Assembly (NCBI RefSeq): GCF_035084215.1
Contig: NC_090362.1
Location: forward strand, 13,330,001-13,394,000
DNA length: 64,000 nucleotides
DNA from: Heptranchias perlo
Taxonomy: Eukaryota
Direction: 5' to 3'
Shown: positions 51,272 to 63,583 of the stretch, one piece after another
Layout: each line of letters opens with the position of its first letter
Numbering within the stretch: the stretch's first letter is position 1
Translations under genes and position numbers: made by a program
Notes under the pieces: generated by a model
Told to the model about the DNA's origin: nothing
Seen by the model: only the letters and a program-made list of their open reading frames with translations
The model's database searches: none

Positions 51272-51428
51272 TTTTGGGGATTTTCAGGCCTACTGCAGGA
51301 TGAAGAAGACTAAGACATATATCTGTAAACCAGACTGTGGGTGTCAGGGCCGGGGAATATTCATTACCAGGAACTTAAAGGAGATTAAACAAGGAGACCG
51401 CCTGATTTGTCAGCAGTACATCTCCAAG
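51272..51428 (+). CDS. TTLL13: TTLL13 coding exon 5
   Basis: YICKPDCGCQGRGIFITR...ICQQYISK. Confidence 0.94.
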
Positions 51429-52481
51429 GTAACAGCAACCAAACATTTTGCTTCCAATTTTCTTCCCCCCTCTCACTTGACAGCTGCACTCCAGTACCTT
51501 AACGCAGTAACCAATCTTTAAAATGTGAGCCTGAACAGTGAAGGTTAGCGGGCTATACGACTGTGTTGGACATTGCATCCAAGTCTAATCCTGTTCTAAC
51601 CTCAAGACCAGACACACACTTTCCAGGAGCCCTGAGGCCGACTATAGTACCTCCACTGCCACCCCAGCTGCGATCAGCTAACTCAGCACAGACCAGGAAG
51701 CTGGGTCCTGCTCTATATGGATCAGTAACGCATTGGGCAGTTCATTAAGCCACTGGGAGTAGCCTCACAATATGCAATCTGTCAAGGTTGATTCCAGACA
51801 TGTTTCCCACTAGCCCCTATACTACTGTATTATTTTTTACTTTAAACTCCTGCGACTAAACTCCCCTCTGTCAGAGCTCAGTGTACAAAATCATCTAAAA
51901 AAAAATGATGAGAAAAGGCCACTTGGCCCATCAAAGCTCATCCTGTCCAATATTCCACCTTTCCCAACACCGAACTGTTCTCTAATTAGGGCCAGGAATG
52001 GGATTAGAGCGCGTAGGTTCCGTTGAAGAGCTGGCACTGGCACTGGCACAGAAACAACGGGCTCATTGACTTCCTTCCGTGCTACATTTTCAATGATTCT
52101 GTGATTCTAATTGTTCTGAATGTGCCTTGAAGTTTGTATCCCTACTCCCCCCGCCCCCCTCCCCCCAGCTGCTTGGCAGATTATTCCAGACATTTCGATC
52201 ATTTGACCTTTTTTAACCCTTGCCCCACACTTGGAATCATTCTTGTTGGTTCTCTTCCCCTCCAGTGCTTGCATATCCCTTTTGCAGCAAGGCCAACAGA
52301 ACTGTACACAATACCCCAAGTGCGATCAGACTGGTGTATTGAAGAGTCTCAGCATAACCCCAGTAGATTTGTATTCCACTGTTTGAGCTATGCATCCCAT
52401 GATTTGGTGCGAAGATCATGTTTGCTGTTTGACAAGTTTTGTACAGCCTGCCTAACGTAGCCTTCAATATCTCTTTCACAG

Positions 52482-52625
52482 CCTTTCCTCATAGACGGTT
52501 TCAAATTTGACCTTCGTGTCTACGTCTTGGTCACATCCTGTGATCCCTTTCGAATTTATATTTACGACGAGGGTTTGGCAAGGTTTGCAACGAGCAAGTA
52601 CAGCGAGCCCTCTAGCAGCAACTTG
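52482..52625 (+). CDS. TTLL13: TTLL13 coding exon 6
   Basis: [37 protein letters not shown]. Confidence 0.94.
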
Positions 52626-52775
52626 GTAACTTTTATTCCTGTTATTGCCGGGTTTATTGTTATTGTATTTATTGTATACTCGCATTTTTTCTGTCTTCTG
52701 CATCTTGTGGACGTATAACAGTTTTTTTTTAAACAGTGAACTAACACATCTGGGGATAAAGAAAGAAAGGCAGGC

Positions 52776-53224
52776 CTTGCATTTATACAGTGCCTTTCAC
52801 GACCTCAGGACGTCCCAAAGAGCTTTACAGCCAATGAAGTACTTTTTGAAGTGTAGTCGCTGTTGTAATGTAGGAAATGCAGCAGATAATTTGCACACAG
52901 CAAGGTCCCACAAACAGCAACATGATAATGACCAGATAATCTGTTTTCAGTGATGTTGGTTGAGGGATAAATATTGGCCAGGACATCAGGTGAACTCCTC
53001 TGCTCTTCTTCGGAATACTGCCATGGGATCTTTTACGTCTACCTGAGAGGGCAGACGGGGCCTCAGTTTAACGTTTTATCCAAAAGACGGCACCTCCGAC
53101 AGTGCAGCACTCCCTCAGTGCTGCACTGGAGTGTTAGCCTAGAGTTTGTGCTCAAGTCCCTGGAGTGGGGCTTGAACCCACAACCTTGAGTGGGGCTTGA
53201 ACCTACTGAGCCACGGCTGACACC
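52776..53224 (-). mobile_element. Deu-domain SINE (SacSINE1-like), best-preserved copy
   Basis: Full head-to-tail homology with 1029-1436; small internal duplication of gagtggggcttgaacc. Confidence 0.8.
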
Positions 53225-54249
53225 GTGGTAGGAATATGTAGATGGCTGTTCTTGTGTTTATCTCTCATTTCTTTTCTCCCCTCCTGTCTTGCTGGGGTAC
53301 TGTCCCACGCCTACCAGCTACATTCAGTACCTCCCTCAAGTGAGAACTATGAGCAGGGTGCCCGAACTGAGCTATGGACCTATGGCAAAATAGCCCTGGA
53401 ATTCCAGCCTTTGCGTTTTTAGTTCTTACCCTCTGGTTTGTCCCGTTTTAATTTTGTGGGCCTGGAGGCTTGGAAAGGCCTGTTTTAGTGCTGTTGCTTC
53501 ATTGGTGGCTGAATCCTACATTAAAACGCCAAGATCTATTACTACCACCAACCTGAGACACATGATGATTAAGGGGAATGTGGATTCAAGCTTTATATGT
53601 GGCCCCTAAGGTCTAATTCTATACACCTAGGTGGACCACAAAGGCAAAAAGTTTGGACAGCCTGGCTTAGATAGGATATTCTACCATGAGGACATCACAG
53701 CCAAGACTGGTGTTGTCCTCACCCAATGTCCACACACCCATTTTCAGCAGGGGTTACAGGAGAGGGAACCCTGGCTGATTTACTAACCTCCTCCACCCAG
53801 GGACACTGAGGCCAGTTCTAATGTCTGCCCCTGCTGAGATCACCTATCTCAGCACAGATCAGCAATCAAACTTGATTCCTCATTGAGTCTATTTGGCTCA
53901 GTACCACACGCGGCAGTGCATTTAACCCATTGAGTCACAATTGGCGCCTAACGTAAATCACCTCAATAGTTTTGGTGATGGATTCCATTTTAGTACCATC
54001 CCTCTGCAGGCTGTAAAGTAAATCAGAACCTCTCGACAACTTAGTGCCCTCAGAGGAAGAAGGAAGATGTTTGGGCATGGCGGTTGTAAGGGAGTGATTT
54101 ACATTACAGCCTGTCGAGATGGCCATGTTTGGGAACAACTGGCAGTCTTTATAAACTGGTGCAGCTCAGATCTGAATGATTAATGTATAAGACTGATGTT
54201 ATCTCTTTATAGTGATGGCTCTTAAGGCTTGTATCCCTGTATTTATCTA

Positions 54250-54625
54250 CAACAATAACTTGCATTTTATATAGTGCCTTTAATGTAGTAAAATGTCCCA
54301 AGGCGATTCACAGGAACATTATCAAACAAAATTTAGCAACGAGCCACATAAGGCAATATTAGGACAGGTGACCAAAAGCTTGGTGAAACAGGTAGGTTTT
54401 AAGGAGAGCCTTGAAGGAGGAGAGAGAGGCAGAGAGGTTTAGGGAGGGAATTCCAGAGCTTAGGGCCTAGGCAGCTGGAGGCACGGCCGCCAATGGTGGG
54501 GTGAAGAAAACCTGGGATGCACAAAAGGCCAGAATTAGAGGAACACAGAGATCTCGGAGGGTTGTAGGGCTGGAGGAGGTACAGAGGTAGGGAGGGGATT
54601 TAAACACTAGGATGAGAATTTTAAA
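54250..54625 (-). mobile_element. L2-clade LINE 3' end
   Basis: Reverse complement of the 11750-12105 and 57080-57355 tails. Confidence 0.75.
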
Positions 54626-54687
54626 TTCTAAGTTCCTTGTGTCACCCATGTCCCAAATCACTGAAGTGTTTTATTTGTTGATGACAG

Positions 54688-54773
54688 GATGACATCTGCA
54701 TGCACCTGACAAACTATGCCATCAACAAACACAGCAAGAACTTTGTCAGAGATGGGGACGGTAGCAGCAAAAG
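54688..54773 (+). CDS. TTLL13: TTLL13 coding exon 7
   Basis: DDICMHLTNYAINKHSKNFVRDGDGSSKR (TTL HLTN motif). Confidence 0.94.
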
Positions 54774-55420
54774 GTACATTTAACAGGCTGGAAAGGAAAA
54801 TCTAACAGTAAACCTACATTCTTTCCCCACTTTCACTATGCAGCAAATATATCATAAAGATCCTATAAATGTTGCCCTGATGGCTGGTACGGCAGTGAGT
54901 GGCTGCGTTTGTCACTAGATCAAAGCGTTGTGGGATCAAACATCACTGGGAGGCTGGCTGGTTTGGTGGGAATCCTCGGTACTTAAACCCAAAGCTTTTG
55001 TGATCTACTTTTGGTATAAATCTGGTGCCATGGTCATAATTTTCAGTCGGCATCCCTAAGACCCAAAGCCAATTGTGCTGGTGAAGCACTATCCCTATTT
55101 CAAAGGAGCTACATGATGCCAGTCACTGAAGCCTCACCATTTTCAACTGCTTGTCAGTCAGACATGAAGATCTCATTGATGTAGTGCAAGGTCTTGAAAA
55201 TATCCCGCGACAGACCCAGCTGTAGCTGTGCTGTTTTAGCCCATTACGGAAATGAAACTCAGGCAGTTTCTATAATGTGTGGCCGATCTGCAATGCTAGT
55301 TTTACTCCTGGGTGGCAAGTGAAAAATTTACCCCTTGCTGTCTGATGTATTAGTTAAAAGTAGAAATGTATCTATCTACCCCTGTATTAGTCCATTCATA
55401 CTGTGTTCTGTCTTGTACAG

Positions 55421-55646
55421 AAAACTGTCCTCGCTTAACAGATGGTTGGAGCAGCGCGGGCACAACATAGCAAAGGTTTGGGCAGACATTGAAGATGTGA
55501 TCGTTAAAACTCTAGTTTCTGCCTATCCGATCTTAAAGCACAATTACCGGACTTGTTTCTCCAGCTATCTCTGTGGCAGTGCCTGCTTTGAGATACTAGG
55601 ATTCGATATCCTAATGGATCGCAATTTGAAACCATGGCTCTTGGAG
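55421..55646 (+). CDS. TTLL13: TTLL13 coding exon 8
   Basis: KLSSLNRWLE...SACFEILGFDILMDRNLKPWLLE. Confidence 0.94.
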
Positions 55647-55747
55647 GTGGGTTAAACAAAGAACAAGGTGTAATCATTGCAGATGGTATCAAAAGACTGT
55701 TGGAAAAATATGGCACTACAGAGTGCAAGAGGAACTGCTAGTAAAAG

Positions 55748-56171
55748 AAAGAACTTGCATTTATTTAGTACCTAATCACACTCTCAGGATGTCCCAAAGC
55801 ATTTGGGTCAATGAATTACTTTTGAAGTGTAGTCAATGCTGTTACATAAGCAAACATGACAACCAATTTGCACAGGTCCCACAAACGGCAAATGAGTTGA
55901 GTGACCAGTTCATCTGTTTTTGGTGATGTTGGCCCAGGACACGGGGAGAACTCCCTGGTCTTCCAATTGTGGCACGGAATCTTTAACAACCGCTTGAACC
56001 ACCTTGTGGAACCTCAGTTTAATGTATCATCTGAAGGCCAAAACCCCCATCTCCCTCAGTACTGCACTGCAGAGCCAGCCTGGATTATGTGCTCAAGTCT
56101 CTGGAGCGAGACTTGACCCCACAACCTTTAGACTCAGAGGTGAAAGTGCTACTACTGAGCCAAGCTGACAT
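55748..56171 (-). mobile_element. Deu-domain SINE
   Basis: Homologous to 52776-53224. Confidence 0.75.
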
Positions 56172-56224
56172 TTGAGGGGTAGTTGGGGTTTTGAGACCAA
56201 GCTCTGGTATTGTGAGGTTCTGTG

Positions 56225-56560
56225 TTTCGTTATTGTGCAGGGGAGGTGCTGTCAAAGTAAATTGGTGAGTTGCTGCTGTGCATCCTTTAGGTTGTATGTA
56301 CTGCAGCCGCAGTGCGCCGGTGATGGAGGAGTGGATATTGAACCTAGAGACAGGGGTGCCAAACAACCAAACTGCTCTGTCATGGATGGCGTCGAGCTTC
56401 TTGAGTGTTGTTGCAGCTGCTCCCATCCAGGCCAGTGGCAAGTATTCCATTACGCTCCTGATTTCAGCCTTGTCGATGGTGGAGAGGCTTTGAGGGGTCA
56501 GGAGGTGAGCCACCCGCTGTGGAATACCCAGCCTCTGCCCCGCTCTTGTAGTCCAGTTCA
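56225..56560 (-). mobile_element. CR1-group LINE RT C-terminal fragment of a second family
   Basis: RAGQRLGI..RVAHLLTPQSLSTI.KA.IRSVMEY.PLAWM.AA.TTLKKLDAI. Confidence 0.7.
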
Positions 56561-56865
56561 GCTTCTGACATCCATACACAGCACTTTCACATCCACTGGA
56601 TGGCGATCAGGAGCAAGAAGCAGGATTTATTTCCTTCATAACGCAGAGACATTAAAGGTAATTGTAGTTATCCACCTATTGCCCTGGATGAGATCAATTA
56701 ATTTATTGCATGCCAAATCTCAAGTTTTGTTTGCCACACCTCAGTTGAATATGGAGTCTCCTTGACAACGAATTATTTGACTAGATCTGTGGTTTTGTAC
56801 AAGTGCATTCAATAACGGCCAGCCTGTGTGTTATGTACTAACACATCCCACATTTTGCTTTCCAG

Positions 56866-57047
56866 GTGAACCACTCCCCCAGTTTCACTACAGATTCCAG
56901 GCTAGACCGAGAGGTGAAAGACAATCTACTGTATGACACGATTTGTCTGATAAACCTTGGAGTAAGTGACGTGCAAAAGGTGACGGAGGAGGAGAGGCGC
57001 AGGGTGCAGGAGCGCATATGGCACCGCCACACAACTCGCGAATTAAG
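56866..57047 (+). CDS. TTLL13: TTLL13 coding exon 9
   Basis: VNHSPSFTTDSRLDREVKDNLLYDT (completes the catalytic EVN motif). Confidence 0.94.
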
Positions 57048-57079
57048 GTAGAGGATGTGGTGTCCAAAGGTACACTGTA

Positions 57080-57355
57080 CAATTCCGGCCTCTTGTGCAT
57101 CCCTGATTTTTATCGCTCCACCATTGGCGGCTGTGCCTTCAGCTGCCTAGGCCCTAAGCTCTGGAATTTCCTCCCTAAACCTCTACCTTTCTCTCCACCT
57201 TTGAGATTCTCCTTAAAACCTACCTCTTTGACCAAGCTTTTGGTCATCTGTCCTGATATCTCCTTATATGGCGCAGTGTCAAATTTCGTCCCATGAAGTG
57301 CCTTGGGATGTTTTACTACATCAAAGGCGCTATATAAATGCAAATTGTTGTTGTA
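57080..57355 (+). mobile_element. L2-clade LINE 3' end
   Basis: cgctccaccattggcggctgtgccttcagctgcctagg...ctatataaatgcaaattgttgttg. Confidence 0.75.
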
Positions 57356-58649
57356 ATTTCACGAGGTTCTGCCGCTGTTTTTTAAATCCATCCTAAAGTT
57401 TTTTCATTCTCGGGATGTGGACGTTGCTGGCTAGGCCAGCATTTACTGCCTATCCCTAGTTGCCCTTGAGAAGGTGGTGTTGGGCTGCCTTCTTGAACCA
57501 CTGGCAGTTTGATACACATTAATGGTTTGCTAAGCCACTTCAGAAGGCAATTAAGAGTCAACCATGTTGGTGTGGGACTGGGATCACATATAGGCCCAGA
57601 CCGGGTAAGGACAGCAGGCTTCCTTCCCCAAAGGACATTGGTGAACCAGTTGGATTTTTACGACAATCATGGTCACTTTTACTGATACCAGCATTTTATT
57701 CTCAGCTCTCACCTCCTCTCCTGAAGGTGCTGCAGTACAGGCGCTGAGCAACAACCACCCCCTACCCTTTAATCCCCCACCCCCACCCCCATCCTACCCC
57801 AAACCCCCCCGCCCCGCCAGTGCCTCACCCGTGGCCATTCATGCATGAGCCTCGATGGTGAGTGATGGCAGGCTATTTGAATCTGTGGGGCATCGTAACC
57901 AAGCCTGATCTTGTCCTCGCCTGATGCCGTACACATGCACTTTCCATTGGGACGAGGTTGGCGAGGGGTGGGGGGGTCACTTAATGATGCTTGGGGAGAA
58001 ACCATGGCTGGTTTTCTCTCTTTAACCCAGGTGCTGAGGTCAATTGCAGTTACCCTAGTCAATTACCTTAAATGAGATGAGCTAACTCGGCACAGAACAG
58101 GGATCTAACCTTCCTGATCTATCCAGCTCATTGAATTTTTAAAAAAAGTTTTCATTTTTGAAAAAAAAACTTTAAAAATTGTGATTCCATTCTCAGCTTA
58201 CTACAGAATGTTTTCCATACTCCCTTCTTTTACGTGTGAGCCCAGACTGTGAGAGCTGGTGGGCTATTCAACCATTCAGGGTCAACATACAAGCAGGGGT
58301 CAATGGATAATGGTCAACGGCAGGAACCCTGGCCAATTTTATCCTCCCACCCAGCCCATGGGCACTGAAGCCAATTGTGACACCACAGCTGCTGTCCCAG
58401 ATGAGATCAGCTAACTTGGCAAAGTCCAGCATTTGAACCTGGGACCCCCGGTCTGTGTGGCTCACCACCACACCATACGGTGAATAAGACTCCTCCTTTA
58501 ATGATAGCGCAACAACAAACATCCATTTCTAAACGCCTTTAACTTGGGGAAAAAATATCCCAAAGCGCTTCAATGAGGCGTAATAACAGAGGTAACGATA
58601 ATGTAGTCTGATTACCTTTCTCCTGATTTTATGTCTGTTACTTCCACAG

Positions 58650-58838
58650 ACGGGAGCAGCACGAAAACAACCAGTTAGCCTGGCTCCAGCAGGTGGAAAA
58701 GTATGAAAAGGAACACCTGGGAGGATTCCATCGGATTTACCCACAGCCCGACTCCGAGAAATACGACAATTACTTTAAACATAGCGGATCGCTCTTTCAG
58801 GAGACAATAGCTTCCAGAGCGAGGGAAGAATGTGCCAG
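58650..58838 (+). CDS. TTLL13: TTLL13 coding exon 10
   Basis: EKYEKEHLGGFHRIYP...SLFQETIASRAREECAR. Confidence 0.93.
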
Positions 58839-59204
58839 GTATGAACTATAGGCACTTGGGCTGAGAGCTATTCATGAGCAAGGAGGACTATTGATATGGA
58901 TGGAAGAGTGCATTGGTTATAAGGCCTTGTGCAGACACAGAATTGTTTTGTACTTAATTGTCCTGGCAGTACATCCAAACACTCTATTTGCTTTTGCAAT
59001 AGCTTCGTGTCATTGGCCATGGACCTTCAATGATTCATGCACAGTAACACCCAGGTTCTTCTCCCACTCAGCAGCCTTAAGCATGCATGGTGTATACATG
59101 CTTGGCATTGCTGCTACCCAAGTGTATAACACTACATTTATCTATATTAAAAATATCTGCCAAAAACAGACCCATTCCAGCATCGCATCTAATGCCTGCA
59201 ATTA

Positions 59205-60426
59205 TAGAAGTTACAACATGGAAACAGGCCCTTCGGCCCAACATGTCCATGTCGCCCAGTTTATACCACTAAGCTAGTCCCAATTGCCTGCACTTGGCCC
59301 ATATCCCTCGATACCCATCTTCCCCATGTAACTGTCCAAATGCTTTTTAAAAGACAAAATTGTACCCGCCTCTACTACTGCCTCTGGCAGCTCGTTCCAG
59401 ACACTCTCCTCCCTTTGAGTGAAAAAATTGCCCCTCTGGATCCTTTTGTATCTCTCCCCTCTCACCTTAAATCTGTGCCCCCTCGTTATAGACTCCCCTA
59501 CCTTTGGGAAAAGATTTTGACTATCGACCTTATCTATGCCCCTCATTATTTTATAGACTTCTATAAGATCACCCCTTAACCTCCTACTCTCCAGGGAATA
59601 AAGTCCCAGTCTGTCTAACCTCTCCCTGTAAGTCAAACCATCAAGTCCCGGTAGCATCCTAGTAAATCTTTTCTGCACTCTTTCTAGTTTAATAATATCC
59701 TTTCTATAATAGGGTGACCAGAACTGTACACAGTACTCCAAGTGTGGCCTCACCAATGCCCTGTACAACTTCAACAAGACATCCCAACTCCTGCATTCAA
59801 TGTTCTGACCAATGAAACCAAGCATGCTGAATGCCTTCTTCACCACCCTATCCACCTGTGACTCCACTTTCAAGGAGCTGTGAATCTGTACTCCTAGATC
59901 TCTTTGTTCGATAACTCTCCCCAACGCCCTACCATTAACGGAGTAGGTCCTGGCCCGATTCGATCTACCAAAATGCATCACCTCACATTTATCTAAATTA
60001 AACTCCATCTGCCATTCATCGGCCCACTGGCCCAATTTATCAAGATCCCGTTGCAATCCTAGATAACCTTCTTCACTGTCCACAATGCCACCAATCTTGG
60101 TGTCATCTGCAAACTTACTAACCATGCCTCCTAAATTCTCATCCAAATCATTAATATAAATAACAAATAACAGCGGACCCAGCACCGATCCCTGAGGCAC
60201 ACCGCTGGACACAGGCATCCAGTTTGAAAAACAACCCTCGACAACCACCCTCTGTCTTCTGTCGTCAAGCCAATTTTGTATCCAATTGGCTACCTCACCT
60301 TGGATCCCATGAGATTTAACCTTATGTAACAACCTTGTCAAATGCTTTGCTGAAGTCCATGTAGACCACGTCTACTGCACAGCCCTCATCTATCTTCTTG
60401 GTTACCCCTTCAAAAAACTCAATCAA
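59205..60426 (-). mobile_element. Young 5'-truncated CR1 LINE with uninterrupted 355-codon RT C-terminal frame
   Basis: ORF 59274-60341 with GVPQGSVLGP, FADDTK, RPHLEYCVQFWSP. Confidence 0.95.
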
Positions 60427-60932
60427 TACAGAGGGAAGTTCGTCTAAAATTTGGAATTATTGTTATTTATAGGGGAGAGTGCTTGTTGTGACAGCTCTGT
60501 TTTGTTGTCTCCTTTCACTTTTCTCCCCTCCTCCTGAAAGGTGTGACTCACCCTGGCATCTGGTTCCATTGGCACCAGTTGCTCTCTGGGATTTTGTCCA
60601 TATGGTCACTCTTCATCCATAAGCTTGGATGAGTCAATGTTGGCAGGCTGTTCAGCTGTGGAAGCAGTACCACTGAGCCCTGTCCTGTCCTTGCACAATG
60701 TCCATGTAGGCACAGGAGCAGGAATCCAGGCTGATTATTTTGCACCCTCTTCGTGGTCCAGAAATGGTGGGGTCAATCTTGAGTCTTCAACTGCTAGGCT
60801 GGCTGGAGTCAACTGGCAAGATCTTTACATGTAGCTGGTGCTGGGAATGTGTGAGATGTACAAGAGCTGCTGATACATAGATTTGTGTTGGGTGCATGTT
60901 TATTGATCAGTCGTTGGATACTTTGTGATCAG

Positions 60933-61113
60933 GCAGCAATTGGAGGAGATCCGCCTGAAAAACGAGCCAAAGGAGCAGTTAGGAAAGGGGAAGAAATTGA
61001 AGGAGCCAAAGGACAGCAGCCTGCAAGGGGAGTCAGGGGGCGAGCGCACAACACTAGATCTGCGCTCCAGGAGGCGCCTTGGCTGCTCATCCTTCAGGAA
61101 GTTAAAGAATGAG
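60933..61113 (+). CDS. TTLL13: TTLL13 coding exon 11
   Basis: RQQLEEIRLK...LQGESGGE; gatcag| and GAG|gtacca. Confidence 0.88.
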
Positions 61114-61789
61114 GTACCATTTCCAATTATTACAACTGCGTATTTCACTCCTCTGCTGTGCAGCTACTAGAGGAACTGAAGCAATGGTATTTTAAATCTC
61201 TATGTTGAGTTCTTAATGCTGACCAGCCCTGTACAGAGATGCACAAGGGGATCAAAGTTCCTCTACAGGTTAAACACTTTGGATGAAATTCCTTAGTTGG
61301 CTAATTTAACAAACACATTAACCAATTTGTTGAAAACAGCATATAGAGGAATTTGTAACCCAAAATGCACCATCTGATATTTGCAATTTGAAATGATTGA
61401 AACTATTATAAAGCAGAAATGAGTTAGGGGCAATATTGGGGAAATAATTTCTCCCCACCCAAATTCCTCTTCTCTCCTGAATGTGCGAACTCTTGTTTGG
61501 CTATGGTTTATGGCCACCAGGTGCCATGTGCAGGCCTGGCCCAAGAGGCCATTCTTCATGTGTGGGCTGAGTGTCAGTGGGCTGTTCGATTGTGATGGTC
61601 AAGCTTGATGCCCCATCAAATAGCCAGCCACATAAGCCCCAATTTTAATTCAGGATGGGAGGGAGTGAGGAGAGCAGGAAGCCCCCATGGCATCGCTAGT
61701 GAGAGGCCTGGGTGATTTTAACTCCTGGGCCTCGTTTTATTATGATTGACGTGTTGCCCACCGGAATCTGAGAAATGAGTCGGAGAACT

Positions 61790-62026
61790 ATTTGAAGAAG
61801 AGCAGGGGAGTTGTCCCCGGTTTCCTGGCCAATATTTATCCCTCAACCAACATCACTAAAACAGATCATCTGGTCATTATCCCATTGCTGTTTGTGGGAT
61901 CTTGCTGTGCGCAAATTGGCTGCTGCGTTTCCTACATTACAACAGTGACTGCATTTCAAAAGTACTTCATTGGCTGTAAAGCGCTTTAGGACATCCTGAG
62001 GTTGTGAAAGGCGCTATATAAATGCG
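61790..62026 (+). mobile_element. Deu-domain SINE 3' half
   Basis: Reverse complement of 52776-53010. Confidence 0.8.
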
Positions 62027-62679
62027 CCTGTTGCTGTTACTCTGCCTCCTCCAAATGCAATCCTCTCTGCCACCTGAACCCGCCCCTGCCTCAGCGGTCC
62101 GATGATGTGCTCAATAATCATTCTGGTGGTCCAATGGAATTGATTATACCTTTGTTGCTCAGGTATGGTTGGGGTGTCATGAGCCATGTTTGAAAGACTA
62201 TAGCTTAGCCTCTAGCAGCCATCGTGTCACGTTGGTGGAAGGGTTGCATATTGGTGGGGGGGGGGGGGTAATGGCTGCGTGTCACAGCAAAATCGTCCCT
62301 ATAAAAAGAAACACCGCTCCTTTTCAAATCTCCAGGCCCACAAAATTCAAACAGGACTAACCAGCGGATAATGAGGACAATTAAGACTGAGTTGCCTGGG
62401 TTTCGTGGGCTGAATTGTCAGGGTTCAGAGGCTGCATGTGGGCAGAGTTTGGTGACTCCCATACTAGGCCATCAGTGGAGCTTGCTGCCTGTTAGTTGAT
62501 CCTTCTCTCATCTCTAACCTGTAACCAAGGAGGGGCATGCAAGTCTCATCTTATTTCCTTAATATTTTAATAAGAATCAAGCCAGCCATAGGACTGTACA
62601 AGAGGGCAGGTGAAGTTGATTGCAAATTGTACTGACTTTGTTCCACACCTACTATTGTTCAATGGGACTAGTCAGAACT

Positions 62680-62870
62680 GATGGTGCAGTGGGTTAGACA
62701 CTGGTCTGTCACCTCTGGGACCTGGGTTTCAAATCCAGCCGAGACCGATGGGAGGATTATCTCCTTTGCCTGTTGGCTGTAAGGCTCCTACATCAAATGG
62801 GTTTGAGCATTCTCAAGCCAGTACCTGCACTGCCCCTAATTTGGTACTAAATTGGCAATCTTGATCAAAG
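62680..62870 (+). mobile_element. LF-SINE-like element (second decayed copy ~10750-10930)
   Basis: tcacctctgggacctgggtttcaaatccagcc and tggtactaaattggca resemble the recalled LF-SINE consensus. Confidence 0.45.
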
Positions 62871-63132
62871 AGGTTACAGGATGGCTGGTATGGGGAAACA
62901 TTAGATACTGATACATTAGGTAAGAGTAGAGAGAAGCTACCTCTGCATCTAGCTGTGCTCAATGTGACCTGGGGATACTTTTTGCTGTCACTGGGTGTCC
63001 AAAATGCTATTCCATTAACATCCCTCACCTTGACGACTACAAAATTTGCTGAAAAATTCCCAAAAAAGGAACAGCTGGAATAAATTTGTCCAGTGAAAGA
63101 TGTTAAACAATGCCTCTTTGATTCTGTTGTAG

Positions 63133-63219
63133 GTCACAGAGCAGTTGTTGCCATTGGGTGCCTATCCTATTCACCTCTGTCGACTGACCTTTCAGGATCT
63201 TGCTTACGAACCTGATTAA
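63133..63219 (+). CDS. TTLL13: Possible alternative terminal exon of TTLL13
   Basis: ttctgttgtag|, phase-0 open frame VTEQLLPLGAYPIHLCRLTFQDLAYEPD*, AATAAA at 63249-63254. Confidence 0.35.
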   Translation, partial: VTEQLLPLGAYPIHLCRLTFQDLAYEPD

Positions 63220-63583
63220 TTCAAATGCAAGTGCTCTGTGCCCTTGTCAATAAAGGTGGTTGCAAAAAGAATACAACGAGTTACTAATTCTGTTTTAATT
63301 GTGCTTCACATTTATCAAAACTTCAGAGAAAATTTTTAAAAAACAGGCAGGACACTGTAATGGGAGGGTTTGGATACTCTGGTGAAATATGGTTTCAGAA
63401 TGTATTTTTGTGATCTGATTTAATCGGAGAGGCCCCAAGTGAACTGCAGGATCTCAGGGAGGCTGCCTGCACTGGCAGCCTGTGCGGCCTTCCATAAGAG
63501 AGAGCAGCACCTTAGAACTAAAGACAGAAAATGCTAAACACACACAGCAGGTCAGGCGGCATCTGTGGAGAGAGAAAAACAGA

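Noticed and set aside
59274-60341. 355-aa RT ORF as a domesticated gene
   Set aside because: Non-ATG start, 5'-truncated, typical CR1 3' end
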